This document shows, one piece after another, positions 49,435 to 58,032 of a stretch of 64,000 nt of DNA. The position numbers were made by a program, and so were the translations under genes. Location: NCBI GenBank assembly GCA_963665095.1, contig OY762069.1:4672001-4736000 (forward strand). Direction: 5' to 3'. Under the pieces are notes generated by a model. The model did not search any database, was not told where the DNA came from, and worked only from the letters and a program-made list of their open reading frames with translations. The stretch's first letter is position 1. The number at the start of each line of letters is the position of its first letter. This DNA comes from an uncultured Desulfobacter sp. GTDB lineage: Bacteria > Desulfobacterota > Desulfobacteria > Desulfobacterales > Desulfobacteraceae.

Positions 49435-50553
49435 CTACCGCCGTTCCGGCTGTACCCATTTGTATACCCCCCTTGATACCCGTTCCAGTTTACCCTTCCT
49501 TAGAAGACCGGACAGGATATTTCTGACCTTTTGCGGATCCATATCGGATTTTTCAATAACTTCGGCTGCGGTTGTGTGGCGTTTTGTCCGTCGTCTGAAA
49601 AGGGTTTCAATGCCCGCAGCATTTTTGATTGCTGGTAAAACGACGTTAGCCGCGGCCGGTTTGGCGGAAGAAGTTTTCCTGGCGGCACCGGCGGTCCGGG
49701 GTTGTTTTTGGGCGGATCTTGTGGCCTTTGGCCGGCCTCTTTTTGGTTTTCCGGGTTTGGGAGTTGCTTTTTTCAAAGCGTCCGGTCGGCTCTGTGGTGG
49801 CGTTGTCAAACCGTCCATATCAAGATCATTATCAAGATCAATGCCGAACATATCCGACAGATTCCGGGTTTCATCAATGACCCTTGAAGACTTTTTCCGG
49901 GAGCGGCTCAGAAGATCCGTTTTCGTCTCTTTGACGGTTTCGGATATCAGGTCGTTGATTTTCACTTTTCTTAATACAAAAAAGAGGCCGGGGTCCTGGT
50001 CCAGGCGGACACCGATTCCGTAGAGTACAGCCGCCACATGTTTGCACATGACAGCCCTGTCCGGACAGGAGCAGTCCAGGGTAATGTCTTCCGGAGATGG
50101 AAAAAGGCCTTTCTCTTTCCGGGTGAACAGCTCTTCCAGTGCTTTGGGAAATTTGCCGGCCATCAATTGCCTGATGCTCTCCATTTTGCCCTTGCACTGG
50201 TCTTTTATGTACTGCCATTGGTTTTGGGGGATCGGCTTGATGCTGACAGTGATCCGGTAGGGGGTGGCCGCGCTTCCCATAACCAGACCCAGGACCTTGC
50301 CCGGAAGGATCTGAAGGTCCAGAACCGCACCGTGCCGGACATAGCTGCGACCCCGTCCGATCCGATTGACATAATCCGCGTACCGCTCAAGGTTTTTGTT
50401 CCAGGCTTTGCCCCACCATGTTTTTGCAAGGGTTCTGCCCTCAATGACCACGGGCTGAACGCCGGCATTTTTCTTTTTTAAGGCGGCCAGTTTTTTCTCG
50501 GCCTGTGCCCGCCTCTGTGCCACAGTCACGTATTTGGGATAGGGGTAATACAT
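49435..50553 (-). CDS. SWIM zinc-finger protein with C-terminal winged-HTH-like region
   Basis: TWWGKAW, RIGRGRSYVR, CSCPD-x4-CKH motif; basic linker; KLERVSRGVY end. Confidence 0.9.
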   Translation of the reverse strand: MYYPYPKYVTVAQRRAQAEKKLAALKKKNAGVQPVVIEGRTLAKTWWGKAWNKNLERYADYVNRIGRGRSYVRHGAVLDLQILPGKVLGLVMGSAATPYRITVSIKPIPQNQWQYIKDQCKGKMESIRQLMAGKFPKALEELFTRKEKGLFPSPEDITLDCSCPDRAVMCKHVAAVLYGIGVRLDQDPGLFFVLRKVKINDLISETVKETKTDLLSRSRKKSSRVIDETRNLSDMFGIDLDNDLDMDGLTTPPQSRPDALKKATPKPGKPKRGRPKATRSAQKQPRTAGAARKTSSAKPAAANVVLPAIKNAAGIETLFRRRTKRHTTAAEVIEKSDMDPQKVRNILSGLLRKGKLERVSRGVYKWVQPERR

Positions 50554-50669
50554 TATTGGATTCCTTTTACCGTTAAAACGATATCTATTGCCCTTAATTT
50601 GAACGCAACGTTGTTCAGATATAAAATTTTTCTGCAACACAGCCGACGGGCGGCTTTACGTCCGAAGGC

Positions 50670-53369
50670 TTATTCCGGCAAGGTGAGCCGGAACAGGTCG
50701 AGCAGTTGTTTATCATCCATCTCAGTTATCAGGCCTTCGGCCGACGGGGTGACAATCTGGTCGGCCAGGGCCTGTTTTTCACTGATCATAAAATCAATTT
50801 TTTCCTCAATGGTACCCCGGGTGACAAATTTATGTACCAGGACCTTTCGGGTCTGCCCGATGCGAAATGCCCTGTCCGTGGCCTGGTTTTCCACAGCCGG
50901 GTTCCACCATCGGTCAAAATGTACCACATGGTTTGCCCGGGTCAGGTTCAGACCTACGCCGCCGGCCTTTAACGAGAGCACCATGAACGGGCAATAGGCA
51001 TCGTCCTGGAAGGTTTGTATCAGTTTTTTGCGCTTTGCAACAGGCACAGATCCGTGGAGTACCAGCCCGGGATGATGAAAAATGGTTTCAAGAAAAGTCT
51101 GTAAAGGCTGGGTCATCTCTTTGAACTGGGTGAACACCAGAACCCGTTCCCGCTTCTCATAAACGGTTTCACAGATGCTGCCCAGGCGCATGAATTTTCC
51201 GCTGTGGGCCGCCTTGAAATCCCCGGACCCTGTCAGCTGATCCGGGTGGTTGCACAATTGTTTAAACCGGAGAAGAAAGGCGAGTACCAGCCCTTTTCGC
51301 TGGATGCCCGTGGATGTTTCCACGGCCAGTTTCAGATCCCTGACCGATTTTTTATACAGGACCACCTGCTTGGGGCTTAAATCGGCAAATACCTTCATCT
51401 CCACCTTGTCCGGCAGGTCTGTAATTACGGTTTTATCTGTTTTCAGGCGGCGAAGGATGTAGGGGGAGATCATCTGTCTCAGCCTGGCATATCCGTTTGG
51501 ATTGTCTTTCAGGGTTTTTGCAAAACCTGAGAATTCGGTTTTATTGCCCAGGAGACCGGGATTTAAAAAATCAAACAGGGACCACAAATCGGACAGCCGG
51601 TTTTCCACAGGCGTGCCGGTCATGACGATCCGGTGGGCGGCCAACAGGGCTTTTACGGCCCGGGTTTGCTGCGTGCCGGGATTTTTAATGGCCTGGGCCT
51701 CGTCCAGAATCAGGCAGTGCCAGGGATATTTGGCAAGCCAGGCGTATTTTTTTACCAGGGTGTAGCTGGTAATGACCAGGTCCAGTTGGTTCAGGCGGGA
51801 TTTGGTCAGTTTGATCTCTTTGTTTTTTTCTGTTTTACCGGGCTGTGCATCCGGGGAGGTAAATCCGGGGTGGGCCACACAGGTTTTAAGGCCGGGCAGA
51901 AACCGGTTGATCTCCGACTGCCAGTTTGAAATTAGAGAGGCCGGCACCACCAGAAGACTTGCCGGGCGCCTGGCGGTGTCAGAAAGGGTGCTGAGCCAGG
52001 CCAGGATCTGAACGGTTTTTCCAAGCCCCATGTCATCGGCCAGGCAGGCTCCGAATCCGTATGAAGTCAAAAAATTCAGCCAGTTTACCCCCTTTGACTG
52101 GTAGGGCCGTAACTTTGCCTTAAATCCCCTGCCCGGGGCCACCGGATCAACCTGTTCCGGCTGGGTCATCCTTTCCAGTACCGAGGTCAGCCATCTACCG
52201 CTGGAAACGGAGATATCCACCTGGCCTGCAACGCCCCGGCCAAGCATCCGGTCCGGGGCCAGCCGGCCCCGCATGGCCGTTCCCAGGGTCATGCCCGCTT
52301 CTGCCAGGTCTTCAATCCGCTCACAGGCTTTCAGGGCCTGCCTCAGCTTCTCCGGGTCCACAGCCACCCATTTGTTTTTAATAAACGCCAGCCCTTCAGT
52401 TTGTTCCAGGATCTCTTCAACCTCCTGTCTGGACAACTCAAGACCGCCTAATTCAACACTGACGTTAAAATCCAGCAGCGCGTCCAGCCCGGCCATGGCT
52501 GGTTTGTTATCTCCCAGGGAGATGGTCACCCGGGTGGTGGATGCACTTTGTTTCCACCAGTCCGGGATCCGGCACAGCACACCGCAGGCCTCATAAGCCG
52601 GGATCTCCTTTAAAAAGCTGAATGCCTCATTTCCATCCCAGGCCAGGGGGTGGAACAACTCGCCGGATTCGATAAGGTCCGCAACGATCCTGCTTTTCTC
52701 CGCTGCTTTGTATACCGTGGATAAAAGCGTGAGAAGATCCCCATCGTTGTGGGTTTCAATGGCATGCTTCAGGGGCAGGTGTTTGGGCTTTCCATTGGCG
52801 CCCATGCCCGCAGAATATGTGGCCATAAAGGCAAAGGGAAGATCTGAGGTTTTATTTTCCACCAGATGAAAAAATACCCGGCCTGCCGGGTGAAGGTCGG
52901 GATTCTTTTCCCGGAAATAATCACTGACCAAGCCGTTGAACGCTTTAATGTCATGTGAAAATGCTGCATTTAAGCTCTGCCACAGCCCCTCCAGCATGTC
53001 GGCGGTTACGTATTCGGACCCGGCCATCATGGGGCGGGCTGAAAGAAACTCATTGATAAGCCCGGGCGGAACACGGATGATGGCGTCCTGCCGTAAGGTC
53101 TCAAGCTCTGCCGTCTTTAACAGTTCCCGGACAAAACAGCGGGAAAATCGCAGGAAATAGTTCAGGGAGGCTGAGAGCGTCAGGGTAAATTGTTTGAATC
53201 CCAGGTCGTACAGCCAGTTACGCTGAGGGTTTTCAACGCTTCGGGCAATTATCTTAAGGCTCTGTATCAGGTCTGGAGAAACGGTCTCCTTGGTTGTTTC
53301 CCATTCAAGCACCACCCTCTGGTCCGGCATTACCGAGACAACCGGTTTCTCTTTATTCCTGTCCGTCAC
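50670..53369 (-). CDS. SNF2-family helicase/ATPase
   Basis: LRPYQ, ADDMGLGKT, LDEAQ, TGTPVENRL, SLKAGGVGLNLT, QATDRAFRIGQ. Confidence 0.95.
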   Translation of the reverse strand: MTDRNKEKPVVSVMPDQRVVLEWETTKETVSPDLIQSLKIIARSVENPQRNWLYDLGFKQFTLTLSASLNYFLRFSRCFVRELLKTAELETLRQDAIIRVPPGLINEFLSARPMMAGSEYVTADMLEGLWQSLNAAFSHDIKAFNGLVSDYFREKNPDLHPAGRVFFHLVENKTSDLPFAFMATYSAGMGANGKPKHLPLKHAIETHNDGDLLTLLSTVYKAAEKSRIVADLIESGELFHPLAWDGNEAFSFLKEIPAYEACGVLCRIPDWWKQSASTTRVTISLGDNKPAMAGLDALLDFNVSVELGGLELSRQEVEEILEQTEGLAFIKNKWVAVDPEKLRQALKACERIEDLAEAGMTLGTAMRGRLAPDRMLGRGVAGQVDISVSSGRWLTSVLERMTQPEQVDPVAPGRGFKAKLRPYQSKGVNWLNFLTSYGFGACLADDMGLGKTVQILAWLSTLSDTARRPASLLVVPASLISNWQSEINRFLPGLKTCVAHPGFTSPDAQPGKTEKNKEIKLTKSRLNQLDLVITSYTLVKKYAWLAKYPWHCLILDEAQAIKNPGTQQTRAVKALLAAHRIVMTGTPVENRLSDLWSLFDFLNPGLLGNKTEFSGFAKTLKDNPNGYARLRQMISPYILRRLKTDKTVITDLPDKVEMKVFADLSPKQVVLYKKSVRDLKLAVETSTGIQRKGLVLAFLLRFKQLCNHPDQLTGSGDFKAAHSGKFMRLGSICETVYEKRERVLVFTQFKEMTQPLQTFLETIFHHPGLVLHGSVPVAKRKKLIQTFQDDAYCPFMVLSLKAGGVGLNLTRANHVVHFDRWWNPAVENQATDRAFRIGQTRKVLVHKFVTRGTIEEKIDFMISEKQALADQIVTPSAEGLITEMDDKQLLDLFRLTLPE

Positions 53370-53413
53370 TGATATATCTCCGCCATCGTTATTCTCCGGC
53401 GGAGATATATCAG
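53369..53413. promoter_or_regulatory. 16-bp perfect inverted repeat covering the SNF2 gene RBS and start
   Basis: CTGATATATCTCCGCC / GGCGGAGATATATCAG with a 13-nt loop. Confidence 0.6.
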
Positions 53414-53610
53414 ATCCTCATATTAACAACAAGGGATGCCTGCGGCCTTGATTCAACTCTCCGAAATCCCTGAATATCAGCATTTCAGGCGTTGTGGACC
53501 GGGCTTTCCCAGTCCAGCTGTAATTAAAATGCGCGATAAATCTTGACACCGTTGCCATGATTGATTAGTGATTGTTCAAAATTGGGACTCATTAAAGGGA
53601 TTACAAAAAC

Positions 53611-54531
53611 ATGAATGAACACGGAAAGCAGATTAATTTTGCGGGAAAAGTCGTTGTTATCACAGGTGCCGGTGCGGGAATCGGGCGTGAGTATGCCCTT
53701 GAGTTTGCAAAACGGGGGGCGATGGTCGTGGTGAACGACCTGGGCGGGAGCAAGGATGGTACCGGCGCCTCAAACGCCGCAGCCGATACCGTGGTGGAAG
53801 AGATTCAAAATTTGGGCGGCAAAGCCGTGGCCAATTACGATAATGTGGCAACCCCCGAGGGCGGGAAGGCCATTGTTGACACGGCCGTCAATACCTTTGG
53901 CCGTCTTGATGTCCTGGTAAACAACGCCGGCATTTTAAGGGATAAGTCTTTTGTTAAAATGAGCCCTGAGGAGTGGGATGTAGTGGTGGCTGTTCACTTA
54001 AGGGGGGCTTTCTGTGTTACCCAGCCGGCTGTCCAGGTCATGCGGGAGCAAAATTATGGCCGGATCATCTTTACGGCGTCTACCTCAGGTCTGTTCGGCA
54101 ACTTTGGACAGACAAATTACGGGGCTGCCAAACTGGGCCTGGTAGGATTGATGAATGTATTGAAGCTGGAGACCTCAAAGTTTGATATCCATAGCAATGC
54201 CATTGCCCCTACGGCCTATTCCAGAATGACCGAAGGGATTATCCCGCCGGAGATGGAAGACAAGCTCCATGCCAGGTTCAACGTACCCCTGGTGGTTTAC
54301 CTCTCCTCCGAAGAATGCACTGAAAACGGGGCCATCTTTTCCATGGGCGGCGGCTGGTATGGCAAAACCGCCATTGTCTGCTCCCCGGGTGTCTGTCTGG
54401 GTGACGGGGTCCGGGACATTCCGGCCGAAGAAGTCCGGGATAATTTTGAAGGAATCTGCGACCTATCCAATGCTGTTCCATTGAACAACAACTTTGAAGT
54501 GTTTAATTTTATGGGACCGCTGCTCTCTTAA
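53611..54531 (+). CDS. SDR oxidoreductase (hydroxyacyl-CoA dehydrogenase / MFE-2-like)
   Basis: TGAGAGIG, VVVNDLGG, NNAGILRD, GNFGQTNYGAAK. Confidence 0.92.
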   Translation: MNEHGKQINFAGKVVVITGAGAGIGREYALEFAKRGAMVVVNDLGGSKDGTGASNAAADTVVEEIQNLGGKAVANYDNVATPEGGKAIVDTAVNTFGRLDVLVNNAGILRDKSFVKMSPEEWDVVVAVHLRGAFCVTQPAVQVMREQNYGRIIFTASTSGLFGNFGQTNYGAAKLGLVGLMNVLKLETSKFDIHSNAIAPTAYSRMTEGIIPPEMEDKLHARFNVPLVVYLSSEECTENGAIFSMGGGWYGKTAIVCSPGVCLGDGVRDIPAEEVRDNFEGICDLSNAVPLNNNFEVFNFMGPLLS

Positions 54532-54538
54532 ATTTAAT

Positions 54539-54688
54539 TGGGGTCAGAGTAAAATTAAATTTTACTCTGACCCTTTTCATTCGGCCTTTGTGGGTAACCC
54601 CTGATTTAAATTATGGCCAGACCCCAAAAAATATGGCCAGACTCAAAAAACTGTTCGGGGGCCTCTCTTGAGAGCTGTTCAAACACCC
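54539..54688. repeat. Cluster of REP/MITE-like remnants
   Basis: Palindrome GGGTCAGAGTAAAATT-A-AATTTTACTCTGACCC (54541-73), tandem TATGGCCAGAC units (54612-50), GTTCAAACAC end (54677-86). Confidence 0.75.
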
Positions 54689-54696
54689 TTTAATAG

Positions 54697-54867
54697 TTAA
54701 TCCATACCCATGCGTTTTTCCACTTCGCGGATCTGTGCCTGGATTTTTCTTATTTCATCCGGTGTCAGGTCCGGCTTTGTCAGCTGTTTTTGAAGTCCGA
54801 GAAGAATCATCTCTTCCCTGTAATCATTGCAGGTGTAGTTGGCTGTTTTCGGCTTGGATTTAGTCAT
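54697..54867 (-). CDS. Small hypothetical protein
   Basis: Compact ORF (YTCNDYREEMILLGL...) directly downstream of the methyltransferase gene. Confidence 0.65.
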   Translation of the reverse strand: MTKSKPKTANYTCNDYREEMILLGLQKQLTKPDLTPDEIRKIQAQIREVEKRMGMD

Positions 54868-54898
54868 GGCGTATTTCAACTTTCATAGGCAATGCGGA

Positions 54899-56104
54899 TT
54901 AATACAACTGGTACTTTACAAGCTTTCCGTCCAGGCCTCCGATTTCAAGGGGTCTCTTCCAGGAAGGGGCTAAGGGAACATATTTGATATACGAAGGATC
55001 ACCAAAATAAATATAGGCAGCGCAGCTTTTACACCGTTCTTTTAAAAACCCGCCAAGTTCTTTGTAGAACTGCTTCATGTTCTGATCTTTACCCAGGCGG
55101 ATGCCGTAGGGCGGATTGGTGATAATAACGGCGTTTTCCACGGGCGCAAGCGTTCGGAAATCAGCCTGGTCCACAGCCACATCCGAACCAAAATGCAGAC
55201 CCATCAGGTTGGTTTTAGCAGCGTCCACAGACTCTTCGGCAATGTCACTGCCCCGGATCAGGCCGGTCGGCAGGGGGCGGATATCCTTAAGGGCGGCCTC
55301 TTTCACGGCCTCCCACTCTTTGGGATCAAAATCAGGCAGCCGCTGAAACCCAAAGGTCTCCCGGAAGATCTGGGCCGGAATCCGGCTGTAGTGCATCAAC
55401 GCCTCGCAAAGCAGGGTGCCGGAGCCGCACATGGGATCCACCAGGGGCTGGTCCCCCTGCCATTCACTTAGGGCGATGACCGCTGCCGCAACTGTTTCCT
55501 GCATGGGGGCGGCCACCCGGGCTTCCCGGTATCCGCGTTTGTGCAAGGGGCCTAAAGAGGCATCAATGGAAATGGTGGCCCGGTCTTTGTGAACATGGAC
55601 ATTAATCATGACCCAGGGATCGTCCGTATTCACCGACGGCCGCCGGTTGGTCCTGTCCCTGAAATAATCGGCAATGGCGTCCTTGACGCGCAAACCGGCA
55701 AAGTTGGAATGGGTAATGCTGGACTCGGCCACATTGGCGGTGATGGAAAAGGTCTTTTTAGGGCTTAAAAACTCTTCCCACCGGATTTTTCTGGCGCCCT
55801 TGTACAGGTCATCCTTGTCCGAGCAGTCAAACTCAGCCAAAGGAACCAGCACCCGGGACACCAGGCGGGAGAGATAGACAATTTTATAAAAGGTGGCTTT
55901 ATCCGCCGTAAACCAGATCCCTCTGAACACGGTGCGGGTCTGTGCGGCGCCGAGTGCCTGGATCTCTTTTAAGGCCAGTTCCTTGACACTTTCCGCCACC
56001 TGGGCAAAATAACGGGATTCGCGCTCGTAAATATATTCAAGTTTGGCCAGTTTCCTGGTTTTTCCCTGCCCTTTCTGCAAAATGGCTCTTTTGGGTGTGT
56101 TCAC
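54899..56104 (-). CDS. THUMP-domain SAM-dependent RNA methyltransferase (RlmL/YpsC-like)
   Basis: LHKRGYR, APMQETVAAA, DPMCGSGT, TNPPYG. Confidence 0.92.
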   Translation of the reverse strand: MNTPKRAILQKGQGKTRKLAKLEYIYERESRYFAQVAESVKELALKEIQALGAAQTRTVFRGIWFTADKATFYKIVYLSRLVSRVLVPLAEFDCSDKDDLYKGARKIRWEEFLSPKKTFSITANVAESSITHSNFAGLRVKDAIADYFRDRTNRRPSVNTDDPWVMINVHVHKDRATISIDASLGPLHKRGYREARVAAPMQETVAAAVIALSEWQGDQPLVDPMCGSGTLLCEALMHYSRIPAQIFRETFGFQRLPDFDPKEWEAVKEAALKDIRPLPTGLIRGSDIAEESVDAAKTNLMGLHFGSDVAVDQADFRTLAPVENAVIITNPPYGIRLGKDQNMKQFYKELGGFLKERCKSCAAYIYFGDPSYIKYVPLAPSWKRPLEIGGLDGKLVKYQLY

Positions 56105-56203
56105 TTAGCGTTCCTAATCTGTTAATGGATTTAAACTCGGGATCTTATATCAGAATCTTTCCGGTTTTTAAATCTGTTAATCCAGACTGTTTTTCAGGCA
56201 GGG

Positions 56204-56545
56204 TTATAATTTTTGCGCGTAACGCCAGCTGGTGAATGTGGGGATCAGTACGATCACAGGAGCCATGGCCAGAAAAATATCCACGGTGGCCAGCCGTTCC
56301 GGGGCAAGACCCGAAACATACGGCAGAAAAGCCGCCCCAAGCCCGAGAAGAATAAGAGGAATGGACCAGACAATGAGCTGCTTGCCGCCGTACCGGTTTA
56401 TTTTATACCAGTTCTCTTCACTGTCAAAGGATTTGCTGAACCGGATGCCATAAATAAAATTCATGGGAATTTTCCCAAGCACCAAAGGAACGCTGATACC
56501 GATAAATAAAGTGCCGCAAATGAGGTTGGTTGTAGCGGACAGCAT
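56204..56545 (-). CDS. SdpI/YhfL-family membrane protein
   Basis: IPMNFIYGIRF...SEENWYKINRYGG motif; AAGGAGG RBS. Confidence 0.8.
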   Translation of the reverse strand: MLSATTNLICGTLFIGISVPLVLGKIPMNFIYGIRFSKSFDSEENWYKINRYGGKQLIVWSIPLILLGLGAAFLPYVSGLAPERLATVDIFLAMAPVIVLIPTFTSWRYAQKL

Positions 56546-56693
56546 TAGAAATCCTCCTTTTCAAAGACACGTCACACGCCTTGTCATGGTGGACACCCAT
56601 TGAAAAAGCCACCACCCCAATACTAACATATTCTCATCCGCAGAACAGCCCTCAAATTTTCCACGCATGAAAACCGGAATGGTAGCCCGGTGT

Positions 56694-56976
56694 TCGGGTA
56701 ACGCTTCGTTCAAACACCAATTATTATCAATTGGTCATCTATTAAATATTGAAACAAACAAGGTGGATTTATATCCAGGTATCTGATAATGAAAATAATC
56801 GAACCGTAAGGAGAGGTAAGGCAGCCCGGCAGACAAAAAACCTGTATTGCGTATTTAAATTAAGCGCTTCGGATAATAATTCGAGGCGTTTTGGATTTTA
56901 TACCGTGTTTGAAGGCAAAGTCACCCACCTGCGACGTTGCTGCACAAAGCTGCAATCCTCACAACCATGAGGTTGC
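56694..56976. repeat. Partial copies of the MITE-like repeat (end at 56694-56717; half element at 56905-56976)
   Basis: GTGTTTGAAGGCAAAGTCACCCACCTGCGACGTTGCTGCACAAAGCTGC matches copies A/B; isolated TTCGTTCAAACAC end. Confidence 0.75.
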
Positions 56977-57078
56977 GCATGCAGCAGCTGATACGTTTTT
57001 TTGCAAGCGTTTGCTTTTTTATATGGACAAACTTACGTTTGCAGCGTAATATCCAGGTTTTTGAAGTTGAGGTATTTC

Positions 57079-57897
57079 ATGGAAATGGCCGAATGGCAGA
57101 CCTGTTTCGGCCCGGTATCCCGGTGGTCTGAATTTTCTTTTGACAATATGGCGTTATCTGAAGCGACGCTGGCAGGCGGGCCCGCCTACCTGGCAGCCTC
57201 CTGTCCGTCCACCATGGATCTGGCCTGGGATCTTGAGGCCAGACACCTGTTTTTTGACATGTCCTGGGTTGCGGCCATTACACAAACCCGGGGCCGGGGC
57301 CAGGCAAAGCGGCCCTGGCACTCCGCCCCCGGCAGCCTGTATGCCACCATTCGCCTGCCCCTGCGTGCAGCAGATGCAACAGACACCCTTTCCCCGGCCC
57401 TGGCCCTGATTCTTGCAGACGTACTTGCAGATGAAGGTCTTTCCCCCCAAATCAAGTGGCCCAATGATGTGCTGATTGCCGGCAGAAAGGTGGCCGGCAT
57501 TCTGGTGGAACAGCGGCAGGATGTGGTGATGGCCGGTATGGGCATCAATGTCCGGGCAATGCGGGGATCCAGCAACGGTCACAACTTCTGTCATCTGCCG
57601 GCCACAAGCCTTGCCGAGCAGGGAAGCCTTATTACCGCACCGGCCCTGTGGAAAACCCTGACCCTGGAAATAGACCGCAGACTTGAACAGCTGGTTTCCC
57701 GCCCGCGGGATCTGGTCCGGCAGTTGAACTCGTTTCCGGCATTTAAAGATGAATGGGTGACCTGGGAGCAGATCGATGGAAATACCGTACTTGTAAAGGT
57801 TCTGGGGTTTGATCCCCAGGGGGGACTGGCCGTCTCCACACCCCATGGAAACACACAAATCCGCTCCGGGAGGATCTTCCCCCGGACTGTTATATAA
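57079..57897 (+). CDS. birA: Biotin--protein ligase (no HTH)
   Basis: STMD, QTRGRGQ, IKWPNDV, KVAGILVE, GMGINV; adjacent to pyc. Confidence 0.9.
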   Translation: MEMAEWQTCFGPVSRWSEFSFDNMALSEATLAGGPAYLAASCPSTMDLAWDLEARHLFFDMSWVAAITQTRGRGQAKRPWHSAPGSLYATIRLPLRAADATDTLSPALALILADVLADEGLSPQIKWPNDVLIAGRKVAGILVEQRQDVVMAGMGINVRAMRGSSNGHNFCHLPATSLAEQGSLITAPALWKTLTLEIDRRLEQLVSRPRDLVRQLNSFPAFKDEWVTWEQIDGNTVLVKVLGFDPQGGLAVSTPHGNTQIRSGRIFPRTVI

Positions 57898-58032
57898 AGG
57901 ACGGCAGGCCATAGACACTGAAGTCTGTGGTAATGCCGGTAAAAAAATTATAGGCCCCGGTTGGTTTTTCCGGGTTCTTGTTAAGGAAAACATGCACAGG
58001 CTGGCACCAGCAGCCATTGAAGAGGCAAAACA

